A stretch of 64,000 nucleotides of DNA, from positions 2,743 to 66,742 of the forward strand of contig CAZECO010000002.1 of the NCBI GenBank assembly GCA_964510455.1. Direction: 5' to 3'. The position numbers were made by a program, and so were the translations under genes. This document shows positions 1 to 11,197 of the stretch, piece after piece. The notes below the pieces were generated by a model. That model was not told where the DNA came from. It searched no databases and saw only the letters and a list, made by a program, of their open reading frames with translations. Within the stretch, counting starts at the first letter, position 1, and each line of letters begins with the position of its first letter. Source of the DNA: an uncultured Actinomycetes bacterium (lineage in GTDB: Bacteria; Actinomycetota; Actinomycetes; S36-B12; GCA-2699445).

Positions 1-19
1 CGCGGGATGGCGAGCGTCC

Positions 20-1498
20 ATGAGCCAGCACAACGACTCAGCCTCCGGTCTCGATCTCTCGCGTGCGCCGCGAGGCGAACTCGCCGCCGCGCAACTCATC
101 GCGGCCGTGGCTGAGATCGGCGATTTCGCAGAACGTCACTACCTTGAACTCAAGGGACCGCCTGATTTGAGTTCGAAGGCAAGCAAAGCCAAAGTGGCAA
201 AATTCATTCTTGGCGCCGCGAATCGGATGCCAGACCTCGCGGCCGAAGCCTTCGAAGGATACGGCGTCATGATCGTCGGCATTACAAGTAACGGCATCGA
301 AGGTGTTCCGCCTATCGAGATGCTTGCGCTAGCGCAAGTCATACAGCCGTTCCTCGGCGCGGCTGGACCTCGGTGGGACATTGTCCGCGTGCCTGTCGAA
401 CAGTCAGCCAATCAGGTCATCGTCATCCTCGTGGACCCACCACAGATGGGACAGCCACCGTTCATCTGCCGCGCAAGCGGAGAGGGACTACAAAACGGGC
501 GACTCTACTTCAGAGGCGACGGCGAAACTCGCGAACCAACGGCAGACGAACTCGACTTGCTGATGGCGCGCGGCAATTCTCGACCTCCCGCTCCGGTAGA
601 ACTCGACGTGTCCGTCGTCGGAACAGTGGTTCCCCTGATCATTGATGCGGGCCGGACGCTCGATGAGTTCGTCGGCAAGACTCGCCAGCGCCTCCTCGAT
701 GCCATTGCCGGTCCTGAACGCGATCCGAATCGATCGTCGGAATCAGGATCTGGGCTCGGTCTTCTGGACCCACCCTGCACGGCACCGGGTCTGTCGGCCG
801 GTATGGTTCGGCTGGTCATGGGGCAGCCATCAGCGGCGCGTGGACTCGCCGCTTTCGCTGAGTCGGCAATGCCGGAGAGTCGTACGGAGGACGAATACCG
901 GGTCGAGATTGACGTCTGGGAGCGTCGCTTCCGTGAAGCATGGCCAGATGCCATCGAGCAGTTCGTCGGATGCGCTCTGCATGCGAACGAGGTGTCGGTC
1001 GTCAACAAGACGCAGACCTTCCTGCGGGACGTCGAGGTGAGACTGCACCTCAACGGAGCCGTGGAAGTGGTTGTGCACGAGGGCGATGCCGACGAACCGG
1101 AGTTGCCAGACTTGGACCTGCCTCCGCCGCCGCGCGAGTGGGGCCCAACGAGTGGGGCCAACCCCTTGAATCTCGCGAATCCAATCAACTTGGCGGCCCT
1201 CATCCCCCCGTCGTTGCACGCGTCACAGCTCCACGTGCCGTCCAGCACATCCTGGAAGACCACTGGCTCAGTAGATGTCAGCATCGACGTTGGCGACCTT
1301 CGACCCGAAGCCACTTTCACATCTGACGATGGCGAGTGCACGCTTGTGATCCGGGGAGATGTGCCCACAGCAATCGGTGGAACTTGGACCGCGACAGCCC
1401 ACGGATACAACGAGGTGTTCAGGGGCGAAGTGGAGGTAGAGGTCGCCGAACCTGCCCTTCTCACTGACATGCTTCGCCGCTTCCTCGGTCTGGAGTAA
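20..1498 (+). CDS. Hypothetical protein with an N-terminal AlbA_2/Schlafen-like putative DNA-binding domain; C-terminal ~300 aa unassigned
   Basis: 492-aa ATG ORF. Residues ~35-185 follow the AlbA_2 pattern (ERHYLELKG...VAKFILGAANR...GVMIVGITSNGIEGV...LYFRGDGETREPTADEL). The rest carries no motif I recognise. Visibly lower GC than the core genes and convergent with hsdR. Confidence 0.6.
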   Translation: MSQHNDSASGLDLSRAPRGELAAAQLIAAVAEIGDFAERHYLELKGPPDLSSKASKAKVAKFILGAANRMPDLAAEAFEGYGVMIVGITSNGIEGVPPIEMLALAQVIQPFLGAAGPRWDIVRVPVEQSANQVIVILVDPPQMGQPPFICRASGEGLQNGRLYFRGDGETREPTADELDLLMARGNSRPPAPVELDVSVVGTVVPLIIDAGRTLDEFVGKTRQRLLDAIAGPERDPNRSSESGSGLGLLDPPCTAPGLSAGMVRLVMGQPSAARGLAAFAESAMPESRTEDEYRVEIDVWERRFREAWPDAIEQFVGCALHANEVSVVNKTQTFLRDVEVRLHLNGAVEVVVHEGDADEPELPDLDLPPPPREWGPTSGANPLNLANPINLAALIPPSLHASQLHVPSSTSWKTTGSVDVSIDVGDLRPEATFTSDDGECTLVIRGDVPTAIGGTWTATAHGYNEVFRGEVEVEVAEPALLTDMLRRFLGLE

Positions 1499-1587
1499 CG
1501 GCCATTTCCAGGACTAGGCCGTCGGGGAACGGAAGGTGGCGAAATACCCTCGGAACAAGTGGGGCCTCCGCTACGTCAGCACGCGCC

Positions 1588-4500
1588 TCACGCCGCCTCC
1601 GCCCCCGCGATGACCTCCGCCTGCTGCAGCACCAGCACGGTGGCCGCCTCCGCTTTGTCCGGCGGGTACCCGTGCTTGCGCAGCAGCCGCTTGATGGTGG
1701 TCCGTAGCCGGGCGCGGACCTGTTCCTTGACGGCCCAGTCGGTCTTCGCGTCGCGGCGGACAATCTCCAGCAGCTCGTGCGCGATCTTCTTCAACTGGTC
1801 GTCGCCGAGCTCCAGGACGGCGCTGTCGTTGGTGCGGATTGCGTCGTAGAACGCCAGCTCGGCCTCGCTGAGGCCCAGGTCGTCGCCGCGCTGCTGCTCG
1901 GCCTGGAGCCGCTTTGCCAGGTCCACCAGCTCGGCGATCACCGTGGCGGTGTCCAGGGTGCGGTTCTGATAGCGCAGCAGGGTCTCGTTGAGCATGTCGG
2001 AGAACAGGCGGCCGGTGACGATGTTCCGCTTGGCGATGCGCTTGATCTCGGAGTTGAGCATCCGCTTGAGGGTCTCCAGCTGCAGCGCCGGGCGGGAGGC
2101 GGTCTGGAACTTCTGCAGGAAGTCGTCGTTGATCAGGGAGATGTCGGGCTTGGCGATCCCGGCCTCCGCGTACACGTCGATGACCCCGGCCCCGGCGATC
2201 GCCTCGGACAGGATCTGCTTGATCGCGGTCTCCACGAGGGAGTCGGGGTCGCCGACGCGCTGGTCGGTGCCCTCGATCTTGCTGATCTGGGCGCGGACCG
2301 CCTCGAAGAACGCGACATCGTCGCGGATGGCCTGCGACTCGGAGCACGGCGCGCACATCGCATAGAGGGTGATCAGGCGACGGGAGTGGCTCATGAACCG
2401 GCACCGGGCGCACGGCTCGTCGGCGGTGCACTGCTTCTCGATGGGCCCGGGATGCTGCGCGAGCAGGTGCTCGACGGTGTCGCCGAGGGTGTGCAGGAAC
2501 GCCCGTGGGTCGCCGGAGGCCAGCCCCTCGCGCCACGGAACTCCGTGCAGGATCGTGGACACGACCTCGTGCTCGGACATCATCGCGGGGATGATCTGCT
2601 CCGACACGTCCTGCCCGAGCTGGCCGGCCTGCTGGTCGCGCTTGGTGTACGACGCCAGGGCGGAGCGCAGGTCGTCGGCGATGCCGAGGTAGTCCACCAC
2701 CAGCCCGGCGGGCTTGTCTTTGAACGTCCGGTTCACCCGGGCGATCGCCTGCATCAGCGGCGCGCCGGACATTGGCTTGTCCACGTACATGGTGTGCATC
2801 GAAGGGGAGTCGAACCCGGTCAGCCACATGTCGCGGACGATGACCAGCTCCAGCTCGTCGTTCGGGTTCTTGGCCCGGTTCTTCAGGTCGCGCCGGCCCT
2901 CCTTGTTCCGGATGTGCGGCTGCAGCAGCGGGTCGTCGTCGGCCGACCCGGTGATCACGACCTTCACCTTGCCGGTGGCGTCGTCGTCGGTGACCCAGTC
3001 GGGGCGCAGCCGGCCGATCTCGTTGTACAGGTGCGCGGCGATCCGCCGGGACATGGTGACGATCATCGCCTTGCCGGCCAGCACCTCGCGGCGGCCCTCC
3101 CAGTGGGTGACGATGTCGTTCGCCAGTTCGGCGATCCGTTTGTCCGATCCGACGATCGCCTCGATCCGTGCCCACCGGGTCTTCAGCCGCTCCTGCGCCT
3201 CGTCCTCGGTGCCGGACGTGGCCTCGGCGAAGTCCTCGTCCAGATCGCGCAGGGCGGCCGCGGGCAGCTCGACCTTGGCGAGCCGCGCCTCGTACAGCAC
3301 CGGGACGGTGGCCTCGTCCTGCACGGCCTGGGTGAGGTCGTAGATGTCGATGTACTCGCCGAACACCTGCCGCGTCGACTTGTCCTTGGCGTCGATCGGG
3401 GTGCCGGTGAACCCGATGTAGGCGGCGTTCGGTAGCCCGTCGCGCAGGTGGCGGGCGAACCCGTCGATGAAGTCGTAGTTGGACCGGTGCGCCTCATCGA
3501 CCATCACGACGATGTTGGTGCGGTCCGACAGCAGCGGGAACTGCGTGCCAGCGTCGCGCTCCGGCTTGGACAGCCCGAACTTCTGGATCGTGGAGAAGAT
3601 GATGCCGCCGGACTGCCGGCCCGCCAGCAGGTCCTTCAGGTGCTCGCGGCTGGTCGCCTGCACGGGGGCCTCCGGCAGCGGGGCGCCGGGCCGGGCGGAG
3701 GCGAAGGTGTCGTCGAACAACTGGTCATCCAGGTCGTTGCGGTCGGTGAGCACCACGACGGTCGGGTTCTCCATCGCCGGCTCGCGCATGGTCTTGCCGC
3801 AGTAGCAGAGCATCTCCAGGCTCTTGCCGGAGCCCTGGGTGTGCCACACGACCCCGGCCCGGCCGTCCGATGCGACAGCGGCGATGGTTGACTGGACCGC
3901 TTTCGTGACGGCCCAGTACTGGTGGTACTTGGCGACCTTCTTGACCACGCCGGACTTCTCGTCGGCGAACACCACGAAGTTGCGGACCAGGTCCAGCAGC
4001 ACATCCGGGGCGAGCATGCCGTCAGCGAGCACCTCGAACTGCGGCTGGGCGTCGGGAGCCGTCTCGACCCCGTCGACGGTGCGCCACGGCGCGTAATGCT
4101 CCCACGGCGCGGTGAACGTCGCCGCGCGGGCCTGCATCCCGTCGGAGATGACCGTCAACTGGTTCCAGGTGAACAGGTCCGGAATGTGGGCGCGGTAGGT
4201 CTGGATCTGGTTGAACGCCCTGCGCAGCGACGCCTTGCTCTTGGCCGGGTTCTTCACCTCCACCAGCGCCAGCGGCAGCCCGTTCACGAACAGGACGATG
4301 TCCGGTCGGCGCTCCGACTTCCCGATCACCGTGAACTGGTTGACCGCCAGCAGGTCGTTGCCGCCCGGGTCGTCCCAGTCGATCAGCCGCACCCGGGCGT
4401 GTCGGATCTCGCCGGAGTTGTTGCGGTACTCGACGGGCACGCCCTGGGTCAGGAGCTGGTAGCCGCGCCAGTTCTCCGTCAGGGCCACCTGCGACTCCGG

Positions 4501-4728
4501 GCGCAGCACCGCCTTGACCGCGTCCTCGACGGCTTCGGCGGGGACGGTGGGGTTGAGGCGGTGCAGGGCGCGCCGAAGGCGGTCGGGCAGGACGACCTCG
4601 CGGTACTCGGTACGTTCCGCTGTGGGCTCGCCTGGTGCGATGGTCGGGCCGTACGCGGTCGACCAGTCCAGGTCCGACAACTGGGCCATGAACAGCGTCT
4701 CGACCTGCGCCTCGGTCAGGAACGTCAC
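1588..4728 (-). CDS. hsdR: Type I restriction enzyme R subunit (HsdR)
   Basis: 1046 aa from the GTG at 4728, which overlaps the hsdS stop as GTGA. Helicase motif I WHTQGSGKS and DEAH box VVMVDEAHRS are present, with a typical HsdR N-terminus (LPDRLRRALHRLNP). The upstream part of the 1247-aa ORF overlaps hsdS and is rejected. Confidence 0.95.
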   Translation of the reverse strand: MTFLTEAQVETLFMAQLSDLDWSTAYGPTIAPGEPTAERTEYREVVLPDRLRRALHRLNPTVPAEAVEDAVKAVLRPESQVALTENWRGYQLLTQGVPVEYRNNSGEIRHARVRLIDWDDPGGNDLLAVNQFTVIGKSERRPDIVLFVNGLPLALVEVKNPAKSKASLRRAFNQIQTYRAHIPDLFTWNQLTVISDGMQARAATFTAPWEHYAPWRTVDGVETAPDAQPQFEVLADGMLAPDVLLDLVRNFVVFADEKSGVVKKVAKYHQYWAVTKAVQSTIAAVASDGRAGVVWHTQGSGKSLEMLCYCGKTMREPAMENPTVVVLTDRNDLDDQLFDDTFASARPGAPLPEAPVQATSREHLKDLLAGRQSGGIIFSTIQKFGLSKPERDAGTQFPLLSDRTNIVVMVDEAHRSNYDFIDGFARHLRDGLPNAAYIGFTGTPIDAKDKSTRQVFGEYIDIYDLTQAVQDEATVPVLYEARLAKVELPAAALRDLDEDFAEATSGTEDEAQERLKTRWARIEAIVGSDKRIAELANDIVTHWEGRREVLAGKAMIVTMSRRIAAHLYNEIGRLRPDWVTDDDATGKVKVVITGSADDDPLLQPHIRNKEGRRDLKNRAKNPNDELELVIVRDMWLTGFDSPSMHTMYVDKPMSGAPLMQAIARVNRTFKDKPAGLVVDYLGIADDLRSALASYTKRDQQAGQLGQDVSEQIIPAMMSEHEVVSTILHGVPWREGLASGDPRAFLHTLGDTVEHLLAQHPGPIEKQCTADEPCARCRFMSHSRRLITLYAMCAPCSESQAIRDDVAFFEAVRAQISKIEGTDQRVGDPDSLVETAIKQILSEAIAGAGVIDVYAEAGIAKPDISLINDDFLQKFQTASRPALQLETLKRMLNSEIKRIAKRNIVTGRLFSDMLNETLLRYQNRTLDTATVIAELVDLAKRLQAEQQRGDDLGLSEAELAFYDAIRTNDSAVLELGDDQLKKIAHELLEIVRRDAKTDWAVKEQVRARLRTTIKRLLRKHGYPPDKAEAATVLVLQQAEVIAGAEAA

Positions 4729-5970
4729 GCCACCACCTCCCGGACCGTTACCGCGCCGGACATCAGCAGGGGGAGGAGCTCGTCGCGGGTGCGGCGGAGT
4801 AGAGCTGCCTCTGAGGCAAGCGATCCCGCCCACTGCCACAGAACCCACATTGTGGACTCGAAGTCCTCGGATTCCCCGAATACGTCGGGAAGTGGGGCGT
4901 CCAGGAACGCCTGACCCCGAACAGCCGGATATGCGCTTCCTTCCGCTCGGCTGACGAGGAAGTCGACGAACTCCTGCCTGTCCGTAGCGGCGAAGAGGGT
5001 CGCCGGGCCTGCGGAAGTGGGATGAAGAACGGCTAGGCCCGTGCTCACAACGAGGTTCTCGGGTGGTTCCAGCAACATCGCGTGAGCCCGCCGGTTCGGG
5101 CGCACTGTCGACCAGAGGGTGTCGCCATGGGATGCGAGCCGCCGAGCCCGCGACGGAGCAGAAGCCCACGGTGAAGGCTCGGGGAGAGCAATAGTCCCGT
5201 CGCCTATTGAGGCGATGTCCAAGTACGTCAACTCGCCCTCGGGCTGTGGCTTGATCTGGGCTGGATTCACCCGAGCGACTTCTCTCAGTTCGATGGTCTC
5301 GATTGCGCGCGTCGCCAGAGCCGCGAACCACGAGGCAGACAGTTGGCGCACTCGTGCGATCAACTGTTGATCGGTGTCGATGAGGTCGTCCAGTGCGCCC
5401 AGCACACCAGCAATGGTGCGTTGCGTCGGGACGTCCGGGATGCAGACGTGAAGTGCCTTTGCCTCTGGGTAGTACATCGTTTGGTGTGTGGTTCCATGGG
5501 AGAAGCGCCTGACGCTCTCCTGCTCGGCTTCAAGCAACCACATCAGATAGCGCGGGAGAATCCGGGGACTACAAACCCAATTGACGAAGTCTTGGCTGGT
5601 GGCCATCGGAACGCCCATCATCACGACGTATCCGACCGAAGCTGTGCGGGATAGGCAAACCGTTCCGGCCGGAAGGACGCGCGCCGACGAGTTCTCAATC
5701 CCCGCCGCGGAGACCGACTCACGTGTGCTTCGAATGATTCGTCCATGATTGGCTGTCGCGTCTCGGATACCCACCCAAGGGATTCCGTCGCCCCAGTACT
5801 CAGGGTGCCTGCGGCTAGGGGTATGGCCACTCTCGAGCCTGGCAATGCTCTGCAGTTCGATCCACTCAAAGCCAGCAGGGGTGCTGCGGTCCGGCTTCCC
5901 AACGCTCAGCGCCCAGCGGCCGGGAATCACACCTCCGCCTGCAGGTCGGCCGCCCGTGACTGTCGGCTGT

Positions 5971-5978
<8 letters not shown>
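4725..5978 (-). CDS. hsdS: Type I restriction-modification specificity subunit (HsdS), two target-recognition domains
   Basis: About 417 aa from the ATG at 5978, which overlaps the hsdM stop as ATGACTAA. Has two TRD-like halves with conserved spacers (TIAGVLGALDDLID...; LLRRTRDELLPLLMSG). The stop overlaps the hsdR start. Confidence 0.9.
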
Positions 5979-7602
<1,624 letters not shown>

Positions 7603-7804
7603 GGGTCTCCCTCGTTCGCCCCGTGGTTCTCATGGCCGATCTTGCCCGATGGGGTGGCGGGATGGTGTGCAGGCGTGACGCCGCGGAGCTGCACGATGTG
7701 CCGTGTTTCCTGTCAGAGTCTGCGACATCAGGGTGGGCCGTCGCGCAACACGCGCCATAGCGCCACAGCTCGTGCGGGCATCGAGACCTTGCCCAGCGGG
7801 TATA

Positions 7805-7834
7805 TCTGAGATAAAGTGCGAGTCTAGTCTCAGA
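7805..7834. promoter_or_regulatory. Inverted repeat TCTGAGA-N16-TCTCAGA in the AT-richer hsdM/7848 divergent intergenic region; candidate operator
   Basis: Read directly at 7805-7811 and 7828-7834. An AGGGAGGG RBS follows, then the GTG at 7848. Confidence 0.35.
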
Positions 7835-7847
7835 CAGGGAGGGTGAT

Positions 7848-8651
7848 GTGAGCGAAGAGGTGCCCGGCGCCCGGCCGCGGAAGAAGGGCCGCAGTCCTTC
7901 TTACCCTGCGATCGACTTGCGTGCTGCGATCAAGCGGGCCGAGGCCCTCTATGCCCACGAGAAGATGCACCCCGCCCCGATTGGGGCAATTGTGAGCCAC
8001 TGGGGCTACGCGACCCACAAGAGCGGTATCGCTTCTGTCCAGTACGCGTCCTTGAAGAAGTTCGGGCTGCTAACTGAGGAGGGCAGCGGCGATAACCGCC
8101 TAGGCATGTTGACACCGCTGGCCAACGCCATTCTGCACAACCCGGACGAGAGCGAGCGGGCCGATGCGATCAGGACCGCCGCTCTCACGCCCGAGATCCA
8201 CCGCGAGCTCTGGGACCAGTACGGATTGGACCTGCCATCTGATGCCAACCTCCGGTACCGCCTATCTGAGCGCGGGTTCACCGATTCAGGTGCAGAAGAA
8301 TTCGTCAAGGAGTACAAGGCGACCATCAGTTTCGCAATGACCGGCATCGAGGACGACCCCCGCGAAGGCAACCAGCTTGACACGACCGACCGCATCGAGC
8401 CCTCTACGGTCGGACCGACTGAGGGCGCACCCAAGGAACCGGTGTTGAGTGCGCCCGAGCACGCTCGTGGGTCGGCCAACCCGAGAACGCGCCGACATGC
8501 CATTCCACTCATCGGTGGAAAACAGGTGATCTTGGAGGGGGATTTTCCGCTAACCGAGGCTGCCTGGGCCGGGTTCATGGCCGTCCTCGAAGCCTTCAAG
8601 CCCGGCTTGGTGGAAGGGGAGCACCCGTCGTCGCAGGCGGGCGGGGAGTAG
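7848..8651 (+). CDS. Hypothetical protein (helical / winged-helix-like N-terminal half, disordered linker, small C-terminal domain)
   Basis: 267-aa ORF with a GTG start behind a strong RBS. The stop lies 4 nt before the NYN gene start. I recognise no catalytic motif. Confidence 0.6.
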   Translation: MSEEVPGARPRKKGRSPSYPAIDLRAAIKRAEALYAHEKMHPAPIGAIVSHWGYATHKSGIASVQYASLKKFGLLTEEGSGDNRLGMLTPLANAILHNPDESERADAIRTAALTPEIHRELWDQYGLDLPSDANLRYRLSERGFTDSGAEEFVKEYKATISFAMTGIEDDPREGNQLDTTDRIEPSTVGPTEGAPKEPVLSAPEHARGSANPRTRRHAIPLIGGKQVILEGDFPLTEAAWAGFMAVLEAFKPGLVEGEHPSSQAGGE

Positions 8652-8655
8652 GAAT

Positions 8656-9399
8656 ATGCGAGTCGGAATCTACATCGATGGCTTCAATCTCTACTACGGC
8701 GCGCGACTCATGTGCGGCAAGGGGACTGCGGGTTGGCGTTGGCTGGACCTTCGGGCGCTCGGCACCCAGTTGATCGCAACAAACTCAGGGTGGACGACCG
8801 TGACCGGGGATATCCGAGTCGTCTATTGCACCGCCCGGATCAAGGCCGATGCCTCCAACCCGGCTGCCGCTGGGCCACGCGAGCAGGCGGTGTACCTCCG
8901 GGCATTGACCGCCTCAGGTTCGGTGGACGAGATCGCTTTCGGAAATTACGTCTCGCGGGTTTCCACTGCCCCCCTCGCTGTCGCAAACAAGCGAAGGAAG
9001 CCGGTGCTCGTGCGGCCGGCGTGGCCTGTAATGGTGCAGGACGGCAAGTCCGGCGAGATTCCTGACGCGATCTTCATGGTTTCGGTGGCGCGCCGCGAAG
9101 AGAAAGGCTCCGACGTCAACGTGGCAGCCCATCTCCTCCTCGATGTTCTTGAAGGCCGGGTTGATGCAGCCGTCGTGGTTAGCAATGACAGCGACCTTGC
9201 CTTCCCCATCAAGGAGGCACGCAGGCGCGTCCCCGTCGGAACCGTGAACCCGACAAAGGGTTACACCGCGAGCGGACTGTCGGGAGGGCCCGCTGATGGG
9301 GTAGGCCGTCACTGGTGGTACCAGCTCAATCCGACTGATCTATATGGCGCCCAACTTCCTCATCGCGTCGGAATACTCCAGAAGCCCGCCCCCTGGTGA
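8656..9399 (+). CDS. NYN (LabA-like, PIN-fold) domain nuclease
   Basis: 247 aa. The N-terminus [16 protein letters not shown] and the later [15 protein letters not shown]...[13 protein letters not shown] give the acidic residues typical of NYN domains. Confidence 0.8.
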   Translation: MRVGIYIDGFNLYYGARLMCGKGTAGWRWLDLRALGTQLIATNSGWTTVTGDIRVVYCTARIKADASNPAAAGPREQAVYLRALTASGSVDEIAFGNYVSRVSTAPLAVANKRRKPVLVRPAWPVMVQDGKSGEIPDAIFMVSVARREEKGSDVNVAAHLLLDVLEGRVDAAVVVSNDSDLAFPIKEARRRVPVGTVNPTKGYTASGLSGGPADGVGRHWWYQLNPTDLYGAQLPHRVGILQKPAPW

Positions 9400-9768
9400 G
9401 CACCCACGGAGAGGGGGCGAATGTGTTCGGTGCCATATCTCCGCAAGCCTTCGTCCCTCCTTCTTGCTGGCGCCAACCAACTCGTGTCAGACTTAAGTCA
9501 GACCGCCCGTCTCCTTCGTGGGACGGGCTTACCTCTGTCCAGTTCTGGGCTGCGCGCACGAAGGTAGAGCGTTCCTGCTCCAGATACTTGGACCGCTGAT
9601 CGCCGTCAATGCCCTTGCTTTCGGGCATCAGTTCCACCGCGGAATTGAGCTCGCTGATGATCATGTCGCTCCACACCGGTCGGTACACCCGACCGCGGCG
9701 ATCTGGAGCAGCACGTCCCTGGTGAGGCTGGGGACCAGCACACTGGCGTCGAGCAGTGCTGAGAACAC
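9326..9768 (-). pseudogene. PIN-domain toxin remnant (frameshifted and 3'-truncated), paralogous to 54490-55089
   Basis: The GTG at 9768 gives VFSALLDASVLVPSLTRDVLLQIAAVG. A frame change at ~9688 then continues LYRPVWSDMIISELNSAVE, consistent with a 1-nt deletion. Resemblance to the intact paralog stops after ~80 aa, so the D/H-containing C-terminal half is missing. Confidence 0.6.
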
Positions 9769-9769
9769 G

Positions 9770-10178
9770 TCAGTGGGCAGACGGACGCTTGCGGGCGCGT
9801 CGCACGGCAGCGGAGGCTCTCTCCTCGGCCACGTCGTACAGTCCTATGCGTTCGGTCTCGGCAACGAGGTCGGCGAGCGCCTGCTCAGCCCTTTGACGTT
9901 GGCGGTCCCGGTAGGCCAAGAGGTCCAGGAGCCTGACTCTGCGGTGGCGGCTGGGTTGCTCGAACGGGATCTCGCCGTCCTTGAGAAGCCTCACCAGAGT
10001 GGTGCGGCTAATGCCGAGCAGATCGGCAGCTTCCTGCGTCGATAGCGCCTGGTGGACTGGTGCGACGGTGACGGCAACCCCTGCTGCATGGCCGTCGCGA
10101 CTTGCAGGAGTATCTCGAAGAACTCGGCCGGCAGTTGTACCGTCTGGTCGTCGGCAGAGACAAGACGAGTCCCCGCCC
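9770..10178 (-). pseudogene. Excisionase-type HTH antitoxin, 5'-truncated by the adjacent IS remnant
   Basis: The C-terminal 102 aa (ALSTQEAADLLGISRTTLVRLLKDGEIPF...) parallel the antitoxin at 54107-54493. Similarity runs up to ..GGDSS at the inverted repeat (10179). There is no ATG, GTG or TTG in frame until the ORF enters transposase-derived sequence. Confidence 0.55.
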
Positions 10179-10390
10179 CTGAGCTTGCGATTAAACCTCT
10201 GGGGGCGGGTCAGGCGGCCTTCTTGATGGCTGGGTGGCGTGTGCGTGGGCCGGTGCGCGTTCCGGTGGGGCGTCCTGGTCCTGCTCGGCTGGGTTTCGGC
10301 GGTTTGGCTGGTGTCCCGAGTGCGGCAGCGGTGCGCCGAAACCCTCGCCGGACGCGGGCGGGGGTGAGTCGTCCTGGTTTGGCGCGGCGC

Positions 10391-10519
10391 TCCCAGGGGG
10401 GCGATCCACTGGTAGGACCAGCCGGCCACGATCGGCTGTCCGGCGGAGTGCTTCGACGCGGAGTAGTAGAACCCGCGCTGCGGGGAGGTCTCGGCGTCGC
10501 AGCGCGCCCACATCCGCGC
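10391..10519 (-). pseudogene. DDE-transposase fragment (family not determined)
   Basis: The translation ARMWARCDAETSPQRGFYYSASKHSAGQPIVAGWSYQWIAPLG resembles, from memory, a conserved block of actinobacterial transposases. There is no intact ORF context. Confidence 0.4.
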
Positions 10520-10520
10520 C

Positions 10521-10784
10521 GGCAGCATCGCCCTGCGCCACAACCGCTGCGGAAAGCCCGCCTGCCGCTGCCACGGCGACCCGCCCCAGCTGCACGGCCC
10601 CTACTGGCAATGGACCGCCAAGGTCGCCGACAAGACCGTCAACCGCCGGCTCACCCAGGCACAGGCCGAGCTCTACACCGAGTGGATCGACAACGACCGG
10701 CGCCTGCACGCCCTCATCGAGCAGATGCGAGACGTCGCAGCCAAAGCCACCGAACTACGCCTCACCCAGGCAGCCGAGGTCTAA
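10521..10784 (+). pseudogene. DUF6788-like protein fragment (N-terminally truncated)
   Basis: The frame after the TAG TAG at 10464-10469 reads GSIALRHNRCGKPACRCHGDPPQLHGPYWQWTAKVADKTVNRRLTQAQAELYTEWIDNDRRLHALIEQM. This is the Cys-rich CGKPxCxC...HGPYxxW signature. It has no start codon, and its stop TAA is the first base of the right inverted repeat. Confidence 0.5.
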
Positions 10785-11197
10785 TCGCAAGCTGAGTGGG
10801 CGCGCAGAAACGCCTCGAACTTCGCGACTGTGTCGCCCGACCCGGGAAGGTATGCCGGCGCCAGGTCGCTGAAGCACAATCAGGCAACGGCGTGACAACG
10901 CAGCGCTGGGTCCGGCGAATGCTCATGGCATCCAAGTCGACCCTTCGACCCTCTGCCTGCCGGAATGCATGGGATCAGTGCTGCCCTGGGGCCGGCCTGG
11001 ATGATCGGCGCCGTCGTCTGCAGGAATGCATGGGCACACGTTGATCGCGATCCGTTTGCGGGGCGGATTGTGCGGCATGCCCCGAGCTGGGCACCACCGG
11101 CGCCGCTCACCGCCCACGCTCACGTGTCGCAGCAGGTGCCTCTGCTACGACGCGAGTCGTGGCCCGCGTGCCTCCGAACCGCGGCTAGGTTTGGCCC

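Larger units (their letters stand above)
10179..10796. mobile_element. 618-bp decayed insertion-sequence remnant bounded by 15-bp imperfect inverted repeats
   Basis: The left repeat CTGAGCTTGCGATTA (10179-10193) matches the reverse complement of 10782-10796 (CTCAGCTTGCGATTA) at 14/15 positions. The interior holds two abutting, oppositely oriented gene fragments (the next two features). Confidence 0.6.

Noticed and set aside
1571-3435. Long ORFs antisense to or offset from hsdR (1571-3175 minus, 1777-3435 plus, and others)
   Set aside because: Their Arg/Pro/Gly/His-rich translations are typical of shadow frames in high-GC DNA. They overlap a gene with unambiguous helicase motifs.
4729-5331. 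N-terminal 201-codon extension of the hsdR ORF (the 1247-aa version)
   Set aside because: The extension overlaps hsdS in another frame and has junk-like composition. The GTG at 4728 gives a canonical HsdR N-terminus and a GTGA junction with the hsdS stop.
9770-10543. The 257-aa ORF read as a single gene
   Set aside because: It is chimeric. The C-terminus is an HTH antitoxin, the middle is low-complexity, and the N-terminus is transposase-derived sequence inside the IS remnant. It is better explained as a truncated antitoxin fused in frame by chance.
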